DNA of 64,000 nucleotides from Leptogorgia sarmentosa (taxonomy: Eukaryota): positions 22,134,001 through 22,198,000 of the forward strand of contig OZ210885.1 in the NCBI GenBank assembly GCA_964658305.1. The letters are read 5' to 3'. Shown here in pieces: positions 24,441 to 36,058 of the stretch. Positions within the stretch are counted from its first letter, which is position 1, and each line of letters opens with the position of its first letter. The notes under the pieces were generated by a model, which was given only the letters and a program-made list of their open reading frames with translations, made no database searches and was not told the origin of the DNA. A program made the translations under genes and the position numbers.

Positions 24441-25125
24441 TGTGCCACGATCGTATATGAAAGCGTCGGCGATATAAATTATATTCACTGAGGATATGGA
24501 TGTATTCAACCCACTTCGAGAGTTTCGAACGTGCTTCGAGCGGTCGCCATGTTTATTATATAATTATTAGCATAAATTTACAAATGCGCTCACTTGTTGC
24601 TGACGTGCGCATAAATTTGACAACTTTTATGTAAAGTCGCCGGACGGGAAATTTGAGATTATTGCACAGTCCACTCACAATGGGGTGTAGTGGACTGGGA
24701 CACAGGCTACCCAAACGTTGCCAAAATGGCACCTTGATGGGCCAAATTGGCTAACCGATTAACAAAGCCAAAACGGCCCCATGGGGCCAAATTGGCCCTT
24801 TTTGATTTACTGTGTATTTACTATAACATTTTCTTACGAAACAGTTATTTCTATCAAACTTTATCTTATATAATGATATTTTTGGCTTATAAGTGGACAT
24901 GATTTCACTTCGGGCATTCATTTCCGACTTCCGGGCATTCCCGGGCACTCAACGAGTCTCTCCGGGCATTCTTTAGTAGGACCCTTTTATTTACATATGC
25001 CTGTATCATCATATTACTAAATGTTGTCAACTACTGCCCATTATCCACCAGTCTTTATGTTGCTATTAAACAATTAACCAAATTGGTACTCCACTACACA
25101 TTGCTTTTTCTATAATCTTATTTAG

Positions 25126-26191
25126 ATGATGACATCAAGCAAGCTTGGATTGCATGCCATTAACCAGTCAACAGAGTTTCAGAGTATTTTGATAAACTGT
25201 GGAATGCAATGTCAAATCACAGTAAGTTTTGATCTTAGTTTAATGTCTTTATGTCCATTTCACCTTCAGTCTGATATAGTCATTGCAATTATTCATCTTT
25301 ATATTTTTCATTATTCATTCAATATGCAATATTTGACTTTGAAACTTTGAGTGAAAGTTGTTTTTCTCTAGGGTAGACAATTGGTCTACTGTATACCATT
25401 AAGTTAGCCATTTCTTAATTGAGACTGCAAAGCTTGCTTCAATTTTAACTCTTTCTTTCTAGTTTGTATTTCCTACCAAATAATCTATAGACGCTTTGTG
25501 AGTTTCAATTGAGAAATGGCTGATTAAGTAACATATGATTATTAGAAATTTTATGATATATGTAATTGCCATTATATAGGAAGAAAATAGGCTTGCTGTT
25601 ATTCAAGCAATTATTGGACATTGTGCAGTGGTAAGAAAGGTTCCAATGTTGAAGCAGTTTATTAATGGTCTTAAAACACTTGGTGTCATTGATATTATCA
25701 GACGTTACCCAGACCAATTTCTGAAGCACTTTGTCCAATGCCTGCAGACTAAAACGCCAGATAATTTAAAGGCGTTGTTAAAGCTAAGAAGAACGGGAAT
25801 GATGAAGATTCTTTGAAGGTGTTTAATATGCTGTTAAAATTTGTGGAAGAGTGCTCTGAAGAAGGTACCTAATTACATGGTTAATGTAAGAAATTGATAT
25901 CTGGTACTTTAGCGATTAACAAAAGCGATTAACAAAATGTGTTTATTTTTTATTTTAGACATTGATAAGTTCATGAAATCTTCTACAGGGTGTTCAGATG
26001 TCCTTCCTTCACCAGCTGAAAGTATCATCATAGAAGTGTCTCCAGATGCACCAAGTATTTTTGCATCCACCTGCCTTTTCAAACTCGTTTTTCCATTAGA
26101 GTTGAGCAAAGAAAGTTACAAGTTCTTTAAAGCAGCAGTTTCTGGTGTAATTTCTACCAGCAAGAAAGATAAGTCATTCTGTGTTCCATGA
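25126..26191 (+). pseudogene. 3' exons of a HECT-domain (G2E3-like) E3 ligase gene
   Basis: MLKQFINGLKTLGVIDII and FMKSSTGCSDVLP...IFASTCLFKLVFP match the HECT C-lobe F.TG and ASTC catalytic-Cys pattern. Frameshifts are present. Confidence 0.6.
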
Positions 26192-26272
26192 TATCCATAT
26201 TCATAGGCTCAGGAAGGGGCAGCTCAATTGCCAGATCAGCAACTGCTTTAATCCTGTTACTGTTATAAAGTA

Positions 26273-29200
26273 CAGTGCTTCCATTTTCGAACTTGGTAAT
26301 TTCCTTATTTTTTCCTTTTTTTGACCGGAATTTCCTTCAAAAAATATCAAGAATTCCTTCAAATTTCCTTCTCAAAATCAGTGTTCTACAAACTCTCATC
26401 GAAGAAAATGTGTAATTTACTATAAATTATACACTACTTACAGCCAATTTTAGCCAATTTTAACCAATTTTTAGTGACAAATATGAAGAAATTAGGAACT
26501 AATACATCGATCAAGGTTTTGTAGCTACATATGACATGCCATTGTAAGAAAAATTTCAGAAACAATTTCGTAGGCAGAATGGATAATGACCCTAAGTTCC
26601 TTCGCGTTTGTCTTTTGAACGTTCCTTTTTTAATTTACGAATTGTCCATTTTGCTTTGAATTTTGAACGGCTTAGAAAAACCTACTTTGCAATCAAAACT
26701 GTCTATCAGTTAATTTTTGAAAATGGTTAATGGATTACCTTTATGATATATAGCTTAAGAATATAAAAAATTAAGAACGGAAAGTTTTAAAACATATTTA
26801 ACTGTACAAGGGCTTTAAGTTCGGAGATTAGAATGTCAAATCTCTTTTAGCAGTTCCTTTCTTAATCCCTTTACTTCCTCCTCGGTAGCATCCGATTTTG
26901 CATCCCGTGCAAGTTTCAAAAGTTCTTTGCCAGGCTGGAGACTCGCAGCAGTGACGCCTTGATTCTTCAAACTCAATTTGCTTTGAAGCAAGGAAACCAG
27001 TGACATAGATTTCAGGGAATTTCTGTGGTCTGTCTTGACTAATTTGAGCTGACTGAACATCCGCTCCACGGCTGCATTGGAAACGGGTAGAGATGAAAGA
27101 ATGGCAAAGAATTTGATTAAATTCGGATACTTCGGCTCACGCATTGGCGTCTGGGCATCTCGCACAGCTAACCAGTATTCCTCCCAGGAAAGATTCGCAT
27201 TTAATTTTTCGTCGAGGGCTTGTAGTCTCCATTCTAAGTCGAGCTTGTTGGTATCCAAAACTTCCCTAAGACAAGGCATTTTCTCACAGATCATTGCCAA
27301 TGACCTCGGTTTAAGATTATTGGCATTTTGTGGCTGAAGACATTCAACGAGGTCGTGGTATTCGGCATTCAAGTCGAATCTGCTCTTTATCTGGATAATA
27401 CTCTCTATCAGAAAGTTTTTGCAGTCCATCAGAAATTTGTTGATGTCCTCATCCTTGGCCTTATCCTTTAGTGACTGTATAGTTGCAGTTGCAGCTACTC
27501 CTACGTACGTCTGGTGTAATGGGACGTGTTGCGTGACATCGGATGGATCAAGATCTTTTACCAGAGTTGTTTTTACAATGCCAAGCTCAATGTAGTCACT
27601 TGCAATGGATTTCACAAGTTCTTCAACCTCGTGTTTCAAATTATGAAGCAGGGGTTGTTCACTTTGAAATAAGCGATTAAAGGCATTCAAACGTTCCAAT
27701 TGATAACTAAGGAATTCCAGATAAGCTTGAGTGAAGTGGTTTTGCAGTGATGCCAAAATACGATCGTTGGTATGGGATGGGTCAGTATTTGCAGTGAGAA
27801 CGAAATAATTCTTCAACGCTTCGTACTGTTCTAGAATGCGGTTAACGCATGCTTGTAGAGATGACCATCGCGTCTGTGCGGGAAACAGAATCTTTAGTGG
27901 TTCCACACCAAAAAAGGCCTGGAATTCCTTATAGACATCCTGCCTTTTCGATGAGCGGTGAAAATGAGCATACAAATCATGGCAGAGATCTTCGACACTT
28001 TTCGGCAGTTTTAATGCAGCATAAGAGGAAACTAGATGAATTAGGTGGCAAGAACACTTCACAACTTGAATAGATTTCAAGTCCGATTTCAGCAACTGAG
28101 CAACAGAGTTATATTGTCCAAACATGACATTTGTGGTGTCTGACGAATATCCAATGATACGAGTCATTGGGATATGTAGGTCATTGAATGTCTCTTTCAA
28201 CTGTGTGTAGATTCCCAAGGCAGTTCCATCATCGGCCTCTACCATATCCACTAGCCAGTAATCCATTTTAAATTTTTCAATATCGAAAAAGTTGGCAAGG
28301 ATGGCAAGCTGCTTTTTTGTACTTTGGTCGGTGGCTTCGTCAATGATAATGCTGAAAAACTTGCAGCGTAGCAATGAAACCATTTCCTTTAAGTAGTTGA
28401 AGCCGAGAACCTGGCGGACGATGTTGGTTGCCTTTTGTTTTCCCAACCTCACTTTTTTCAGCGCTGCGTCGTTTGGAAAAAGGGAGCGAAGGAGTCGAAC
28501 CATATCGTCTGTAAGAGATAATGGCAAGTTGTGCTGTGCGACGAATGCACATAATTTCACCTCCATGGATGTCGAAGCATCATCAGTCGTAGCATGGTTC
28601 ATTATTTGGCGGATGGAGCTTGTTCTTGATTTTGAATTGAAACTTTCCTGATGTTTTTTACTAAGTTTGTGGCGTTTCACACCGGTTTTCGAACACGTCA
28701 GGAATTTCTCGCACAGGTTGCAGTAAGGTTTCATTTTTCTTCCACTTAACCTTTCGCTAAGCCAACCTTTAAATTCGGGAACTTCAAGCCAGTTATCCAT
28801 AAATGGTTTATCTCGCGGTGTATGCTTTCGCTTTTTGGATGTCGATGGTGTTTCAACACGGCTTTCTTCATCATCAGACTCACTCTCCGAAACCAAATCT
28901 TCACAATCCATATAAAAAATTCTTTAAAACACTTCAATAAGTCTTTATAATCTATGATTTTTTGCAAAATTTCTTTTAAGAAAACACATCAACATTACTA
29001 ATAATATGCATTGCACTAATGCAACTGCAGTAGTAATACAGTAATTTAATTACGTATACTAATAATATACATAGAAATGATACTCGACTGTGATTGGTTT
29101 ATTTGAGTGCAATTAGAGTGCAAAAATCTGTAACAATTTTCCCCGTGTTAAACTGTTAACGTTGTAAAATTCCCCTTAAAAAATCACGTGCTTATAAAAT

Positions 29201-29360
29201 ATAAATGAGATATATACACGTGATTCTTGGGAATAAATGAACAAATGACATGTTCGAATATGAAAGCAACCTGAAGCTAAAAAAATTATTTCCTTTTTAT
29301 TTCCTTCATTTTGCCAAAAAATCCTTTCAAAAGGAAATTTCCTTCAAAATGGAAGCACTG
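26273..29360 (-). mobile_element. Complete hAT transposon (3088 bp), 8-bp TSD ATAAAGTA
   Basis: TIR CAGTGCTTCCATTTT at both ends. TSD at 26265-26272 and 29361-29368. Confidence 0.95.
26836..28911 (-). CDS. hAT transposase (691 aa, uninterrupted)
   Basis: N-terminal zinc finger (CNLC..H..SKKH), IIDEATD, SSDTT, CSCH, QTRW, and the hAT dimerisation motif SNAAVERMFS. Confidence 0.92.
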   Translation of the reverse strand: MDCEDLVSESESDDEESRVETPSTSKKRKHTPRDKPFMDNWLEVPEFKGWLSERLSGRKMKPYCNLCEKFLTCSKTGVKRHKLSKKHQESFNSKSRTSSIRQIMNHATTDDASTSMEVKLCAFVAQHNLPLSLTDDMVRLLRSLFPNDAALKKVRLGKQKATNIVRQVLGFNYLKEMVSLLRCKFFSIIIDEATDQSTKKQLAILANFFDIEKFKMDYWLVDMVEADDGTALGIYTQLKETFNDLHIPMTRIIGYSSDTTNVMFGQYNSVAQLLKSDLKSIQVVKCSCHLIHLVSSYAALKLPKSVEDLCHDLYAHFHRSSKRQDVYKEFQAFFGVEPLKILFPAQTRWSSLQACVNRILEQYEALKNYFVLTANTDPSHTNDRILASLQNHFTQAYLEFLSYQLERLNAFNRLFQSEQPLLHNLKHEVEELVKSIASDYIELGIVKTTLVKDLDPSDVTQHVPLHQTYVGVAATATIQSLKDKAKDEDINKFLMDCKNFLIESIIQIKSRFDLNAEYHDLVECLQPQNANNLKPRSLAMICEKMPCLREVLDTNKLDLEWRLQALDEKLNANLSWEEYWLAVRDAQTPMREPKYPNLIKFFAILSSLPVSNAAVERMFSQLKLVKTDHRNSLKSMSLVSLLQSKLSLKNQGVTAASLQPGKELLKLARDAKSDATEEEVKGLRKELLKEI

Positions 29361-29798
29361 ATAAAGTAACAAGTTATGTTATTCAAATTGTTCATTAAGA
29401 AAAGTTTTTGCTTCTGTAAACAGTTCTATACACCATAGTTACTAGATTGTTGCAGTGGATTTACATGGTCTTGAAGTTGATGAAGGTACTCAACTGGAAA
29501 TGGATAATTTGGTGGTTCAACCTCCACAATGTTTTGATTGTCTAGAGGAACAGGACCATTCCAGTCAACACCATACAGTTCAATGTTTTCAATTGCATCA
29601 TTTGCAGATAATTGCCTGACTGTCTCATTTATCATCCCATTAGTCCAAATCTTTTCTGGACTCCAGTTGTTTTCAGTTCTCATTGGGCGATTGTTAAAAG
29701 CTAATGTAAACTCTTGAAGAGCGTGATTAATTCTCGGTAAATATATATAATGCAGCACAAACAGATCAATGTTATTATTCAAATCAAGAGAACCACTT

Positions 29799-32785
29799 CA
29801 GGGTACGAATTAAGGGGTCAAATTAGCTTTGCAAAAATTTTAGCAAATAAGTAGCACCCATTTCAGAACTAATCTTGTAAGCGCTTCTCATATTATGAGC
29901 ACTCCCAAGGCCAAGGAAGTCTAAGTAAAATCTAAATTGATTTTAGTGTTACTTACAATAAGAAACAATTAAAGGTTTTTTCTTCCTCTGGGCCGAAATA
30001 TATGTCATGTTTTCGTGTCAACTGTCAAAACATTCAGGAATGCAATTAAATTGCTACGCCCATTATTGTAAAATGTGAAACTTATTAATAACTTGTCAAA
30101 TGCATGTCAATAAAATTTTTCGCGGACCAATCTGATGTTGTCATTCGACGATGATAAACGCAACAGACAGTAATGTACTAATTTAAATTATCCTCTATGA
30201 AGAATATTATATAAAAATGCCAAGCAAGAATGCCAAGCCAAGTCATTCCTCATCGCCACCAGAAGAGTCGCTTTCAAAGTCAGACATACAATAAGAAACC
30301 ACATCTACCGATGACGACCTTTCGGTTTTTCTGCGTTTCTTTGGGTATTTGTGTGGTTTTGCACCCTTGACTCTTCGTACTTTTTCATTTGACCAATGCC
30401 TGATCGATTCCTCAGGATCGAAGTTTTTGATAGAGGGACCATCTTCTCCAATGCGAAGATTGTGTTCTAAACGCTCACAGGTTAACCGATTGCGCCAGTC
30501 ATTTTTTACACGACTCATGCGACTGAACATTGTTTCTAACTTTGCATTTGTTGTGGGAGTGATAAGCAGCAATTCAATTATATGCAACACATTTTCGAAG
30601 GATTTCCTATCCGGTAAAGTAAACACTCGTTGCCAGACATCAAGATATTCTATGGAACAACAACCAAATATCAACGTGTTGACTTCCAATTTCAGCAAAT
30701 CCCATTCGGTCATAATTTTGTCAATATCGCAACCATTGTTGGACAACAAGGAAGAGAAGTGTTTGGATAACGCGTCGATTTCTTTCTCACCATAGACAAA
30801 TAGATTAAGGTCGTCCCTTGGCCAGCGACTGCAGTCAAGAATCGACATACCTTTAAAGACAGGATGGGTTTGGAGATCTTCAAACCTCTCATTCATTTTC
30901 GCGGTCAAGCACGAAATAACATCGCTGTATGACTTATTTATTCTCTCTGAGCTTCCATCAAAATTAAGTAGCTTAATTTCTTGATATTCGTAGGATCCAT
31001 CTGCACACTTAACTTCTTTCAAGAATTTCGTATAATTTGTCAATCGAGAAGTATTCTTATCAATGCTTTCTGTGAGAAGAGCATTAAGTTTTAACATGGT
31101 CCACCCAAACTCATTAATATGCTTAACTTGTAAAGCAGGGTCATGCGATTCCTGTTGCATTGCAAGGCTGAATACTTTGACTGGCTGTAAAATATCAAGG
31201 TAGATAGCCAAATGTAAAGGGTATTTCGCCTGAAGCCATTTCTTAAAAAAACCCTTCAAGCTCAGCACGCTTGAGCGCTTGAGAATCAGTTTGGGAAAGG
31301 GATTCCAAATGAGTCATGAAAATACCGTATTTTAGATCTCCATAGCGTTTACCTTGTGTGCAACCCAACGAGTTCCTGATGATTTGCATGGCTTTGTTAT
31401 CACTTTGTCATAAATCTCCCCAAAAGCTTCGAGCTCTCTTGTGCATTTAGGGCTTTTCTTGTACAGGTAATAAAGTTTTAATAACATCATGTCTATTTCA
31501 TCAAAAAAAGTCTCTTTAAAAGCATCTTTAACCGCCAATTCTAGTCGGTGATTAAAACAATGGACAACAGTCAACCACGGTGGCAGTTCTCTGATCCTTG
31601 CTCCAAGACCACGATGAATGCCTGTATTAACACTTGCGCCATCAACATTAAGACCATGCAATCGACTTGCAAAGCATGAAATTCCAACACGTTCAAACGC
31701 TTCTTCCAGCGACGATTTAAGACCTTCTGCATCAGCTGCCTTCACACTTTCAATGCTGAAGAACTTCACTTCTGGAATCCCGTTTTTGGTTAAGTACAGA
31801 ATGTAAATTAGCTCTTGTTCCGTCACACTGGAGTCTGTACTACCATCCATTAAAACAGAGTAATATTTTGCACTTGACAGATCTTTAAGGAGAGTATTCT
31901 TCATGACTTGACCACAAGTATCAACAAAGTTAGCAGCGGAACGTTCATTTCGATAACTTTCATTATATTTAGCACCATTTTTGTCTTGCAATTCAACTAA
32001 CCCTTCAAAATCACTGTACGGTCTTTCACTTTTGGACAAATAATACGCCGTATTAAATCGGGTTTTCAGAAGTTCATGCTCTTGCACAGTCATTTTCATT
32101 AACCCACGTCCAATAGGGGTGTTTTGAACAATTTTTTGGTTGAACGAAGCAGCTCCAAGAGTCTCCTTTTGTTGAAGGTCAACTGCATACTTGTGCGGAT
32201 CTCCATTTAAATGCTTAGTCAGACTGTCCTTCTTTACCGAGTCAGTTCCTTCGATCCAACTTCGAGAAAACCCTTTTATTGACGTTATTCTATATTCGTA
32301 CTTACAACACACTTTGCATTTCAGCTTTCTTACCTTGCCACCATTTATTTCTTTTTCCAAATCACAAGAAAGATCTTGCTCCCACTTTTTCACGGTCTTA
32401 AGACTGGCCATGTTGCAAAAATAAAGCTTACATGCGCCAGCAGGCGTTTCGACAAACTGCAATATTTTATTTTTAGGCGTAAAGTAAACATCCGGTCAAG
32501 ACAAGTATTTAGAATTTACAGTAATTGTAATTGAGATGCAACCGGCTTTGTTTAAAAAAGAAGTCAAATTAAAGCCTCGACAAAACAACGACAAAACTGC
32601 AGACAAATAAATTAAATGAAAAAATTGCGCATTTGGCTCTGTCATATTCACGTTCTTTACAATGTTTATCCAGTATATTTTCAAAATTTCACTTCGCATT
32701 TTCTCGTTTGCCAAGCTATTTCGCTTCGCAAAATTGTACAAACACTTCGCAAATTGCGAAGTGCGAGCCGTTAATTCGTACCCTG
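29799..32785 (-). mobile_element. hAT5-type transposon with 5-bp TSD CACTT
   Basis: TIR CAGGGTACGAATTAA at both ends. CACTT at 29794-29798 and 32786-32790; the 5-bp length is supported by restoration of the host frame. Confidence 0.92.
30243..32411 (-). pseudogene. ZNF862-like hAT transposase, frameshifted near 31250-31335
   Basis: LMDGSTD, VDGASVN, HCFNHRLEL, GTRW, TNAKLETMFS. Confidence 0.9.
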
Positions 32786-35429
32786 CACTTTCTTCTAGGG
32801 CATAAAATATGCAATAAAATAAGTATAAACAGCAACGAAATACCTCCCTCCACACTCTTTCTATTCTCTGATTTCTTGTTGATGGTCTAGCAATAAAACT
32901 ACCTCTACCTTCACCTCTTTCTCTTTCCATCAATCTTGCAACTTGTACATTCTCCCCACCATCCCTCTAACCCTGAATGTATAACCAAACTGTTCAGTGG
33001 CTGCTGCAAACACATTAACTACAGTATCTGAGCGGTTGTTGTCTGCACATAAGAGATAAATAATTCTCCTAGAAAAACCATCGATGCAGCCATGCACCAC
33101 AAACTTCCACCGAATCAAAGCATGGTTACCGTCCACGTGCCACAGTGCATTTGGCCCTGGAACACTATAAACTCTCCTGGTAATCACACATGCCCAGCGC
33201 AGAGCAGTATTTTCAGGATCTACATGTGTTAGAGAAGAACGCACCCTGTCTCGTTGAACATGAATACCTTGAGATCTAATAAAACCAATAAGATATGATT
33301 CACCTGTCGTATTACCATGTCTGGATATGTAGCCCAAGATTAACTGATCTAGTTCATCATCAGATATATCAGAAAACCTGTCTAGGTGTTGCAAGTTATA
33401 CTCTCGTACTCTTCGGTGTACAGTCCAGCTTGATACCTGCAGTATTTTTGAAATTTCAGTCCAGGAGTAGCTGGAATTTCTTAGCTCTTCGAGAATCTCG
33501 TTTGGTATACATAACGAGGGCCTGCCTCTACCACCAGACATGTTGACAATATCGACCCATAAATTAGGTAGAGTGACTGTCACTCGCCTCATATTATCTA
33601 TTTTAGTTGCCCAGTTATTGTGTAGTTCAGTTAGACATTCTGAAAGCTGCAGCAGCACAACTCTAGTGTTTTCTGTTAAATCAATATCCAGAGTTGTTAA
33701 ACTTACTAGGATGGATAAAGCTGTCTCGAGTTTGTTTAATATTAAAGAAGCTTCGTGAAAAGATATGTGTTCATCATTTGCCTTCTTGTCGATATTCTGC
33801 AACAGCTGATCTATACTGTTAAACACATCAAGCCATGTGTTCTCGTCACCTTCAAAGGTTTGTTCAGCCATTTTATATGCCAACCTTCTGATACTGTCCA
33901 GGTTGTCTTCGCAACTAAATAGTTGTTGTGGTGCGGATTGTGGCGGATGATATTTTTCTCTTGCGTTACACCACTGTTCAAAAGCTATTGAATAATTTTT
34001 GGGTTGTTTTATTGAATAGTTTTTCCCGCATTGAATATTTTACGGTTTAATTTGCTGGATATTGCAAATGTCGCATTGAATATTTTATGCGATTATTGAA
34101 TGTTCTAAGGGTATATTTAAACATTTCGGTAATTATTGAATACAAAACAACTTAATTGAATATTTCATGAATATATTGAATATACATTAGGTGTACTGAA
34201 TTTTGCTACCATTCGGCAACCATAGGCATCTGCTTCATATGGTTCCATTATAAGTGATATCCCTATCACAACAAAGCTAAATATAAAAAATGTCAAAACA
34301 TTACTAACAATCGCATCCCAGAATCAATGTAGAGCATTTCATATTATATTTCTGTGTAAAAGTATGCTTTGGTTAACAAACCACATTATGCAGTACTGGT
34401 ATACTGTCAGTGTTAGCAAAGCCTACAACAATATTACCTATTATTATTGTTTTTAACTGCTATGAGCAAAATATCAATCAAGGCATGATGGTGTACGTTA
34501 CAATAATAATATAGTCTATTTCAGCAGATTTGGACAAAGCTTTCCTTGCAGAAAGTTCATCAGCTTTTGATAAAAGGCATTTTCATGTTCCTTTTTTCTT
34601 TGTCTATAAAATCCAGTACATTATCAGGGCTCTGTTGCAATATACAAGTGAAATACAACCACAAGCAAAAAACGGTATGTTTTGTACGGGTGTTGCGAAA
34701 ACCTGGGCTGGTCCATGGACCAGCCCGTGGACCAGGTCATGGACCACCCCGTGGACCACCATATTTTTGGGTTTTTTTGCAATTTTGACAAATTTTGACT
34801 CCAACTAAACAACCGTGGTACGCCATATTTGCTGAGTGATATCCAGGAGCCTGGTAACAAGAGAAACTTCTTGTCTCGGTGTGCGTTTAATTTAGTTTGG
34901 CATTCTCGGAGTGCTTCTATTAACACCCTTTTAGGAACACTTTGCCCTTTGTATTAATCGGGTTTGTAATTTGTTACTTTATCAATTCTAATTATTTTTA
35001 TGCCACTTTTCCATTTGTTGCCATCTAATTCATTTTAAATTATGATTTTGTGTGACGGCCTTAAATACTATATGATTGGCATGTGGTCTGCACTAAAAAA
35101 AACGCGAGCGGAGAACTGGCATGTAGTAAACACAGTAAAAGCACAATATCACAAGTGATTTTATTGCGATGGCAAGTTAACATACATCATACAGTATAAT
35201 TATACTATTTCCAACTTTCGTGTCGATGAGAATCCTTTTCAGTCTCTTTGAGGTCATCCTAGTTAGTATAAATAAAACGCGGTCTCATGCATTCCTAAAC
35301 TGTAACATAAAAGATAACTCTGTAATATAAAAAATGTAAACGTTTATACAAGTATTCAATGTCAATGACGATAGTTCATTTTCCATCTCTAGATGTTCGC
35401 CTACTTATTAGATCAAAAAATAGGTACTA

Positions 35430-35943
35430 CAGGGTGTGCCAAAAAACGTTTACACTTAGTAAATTAACCCATATATAACACAAAATTTTGGGGAGAAATT
35501 TTGGTATAGAGGCATAGTTTAGGTCCTTCTGGTGTGTTTAACAATAAATTTAGTTTCCCCCCCAGTTTTTTACGTGCGCATTATCGACGTACATAATTTA
35601 TGCAAATTGTTAAGTAATAAGGCAGAAATAAGAGAAATTTGCGCGTGACCCAAGGTTTAAAGGCCGCGCCTTGATGTCGCACGCATCAAATTTCCTGAAA
35701 CTTGACAGATTGTTAAACATATCCCGTATTTTGCCCAGCTATCAATCCAAAATGCGTTTTTATTAATCCGGTTTTATGCGCAAGGCCTTTTAAATTTGAG
35801 TTTTATTGACACGCCTCTTTAACTAAAGAAAAACATTTTGTGATTAACCTAACCAATGCATGTATATCGAAAAAACTCTGCTGATTTGTTTTAGATTGAT
35901 ATACTGGGCATTTACAACGGTAAACTTTATTTGGCACACCCTA
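35430..35943. mobile_element. Tc1/mariner-type MITE (~514 bp)
   Basis: TA-CAGGGTGTGCCAAA ... TTTGGCACACCCTA-TA, with one terminal mismatch. Confidence 0.75.
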
Positions 35944-36058
35944 TATTGTACACTACTAACACATTTGAACAATAAAAGAGTATAGTTTTCCTTAAAATGT
36001 TTATCTTTCACGGAGTCCTCCCCTGACTACACTACCTCTTTCGGGCGGGGGTGGCACA

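Larger units (their letters stand above)
20455..24814. mobile_element. CACTA/EnSpm(CMC)-type TIR element with TA TSD
   Basis: Perfect 23-bp TIR CACAGTAAATCAAAAAGGGCCAA with TA on both sides. The empty site AAAATACA-TA-TTTACTAT is preserved in the neighbouring repeat copy at ~20283. Many subterminal GGGCCAAATTGGCCCC motifs. Confidence 0.9.
329..24984 (-). mobile_element. MULE-1: Mutator-like element with a PHD-OTU-transposase gene, heavily interrupted; other end lies left of the window
   Basis: Gene pieces are collinear on the minus strand (PHD 19832, OTU 18838 and 3454, transposase 1717-329). The putative terminus GGGTCCTACTAAAGAATGCCCGG at 24984 has subterminal CCGGGCATTC repeats. Confidence 0.7.
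29380..33871 (-). pseudogene. IS3/integrase-core-like DDE transposase of the IS3EU-like element, split by hAT5
   Basis: GRGRP..HTH, YSVPGPNALWHVDGNH..HGCIDGFSR and NQRIERVWR. Removing the hAT and one TSD copy restores FYALEESGSLDLNNNIDL in frame. Frameshift near 32950. Confidence 0.85.
24985..34224 (-). mobile_element. IS3EU-like DNA transposon (integrase-core transposase + convergent HECT gene); left part displaced out of the window
   Basis: The terminus TATGGTTGCCGAATGG at 34224 has many subterminal ATTGAATA repeats (33987-34180). It cuts the EXO1-like frame right after YEADA. Confidence 0.7.

Noticed and set aside
25126..26191. Host G2E3 orthologue
   Set aside because: Only degenerate HECT C-terminal exons are present, inside a TE context; no symbol assigned.
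30243..32462. Host ZNF862 gene
   Set aside because: It is bounded by TIRs and a TSD and is frameshifted, so it is a hAT transposase.
32930..33883. Bacterial IS3 insertion or contamination
   Set aside because: The partner gene has spliceosomal introns and the element is interleaved with eukaryotic TEs.
34530..34926. Short ORFs with WT/HG repeats (also 41259-41716)
   Set aside because: They are read-through translations of the MULE-2 TIR 12-mer units.
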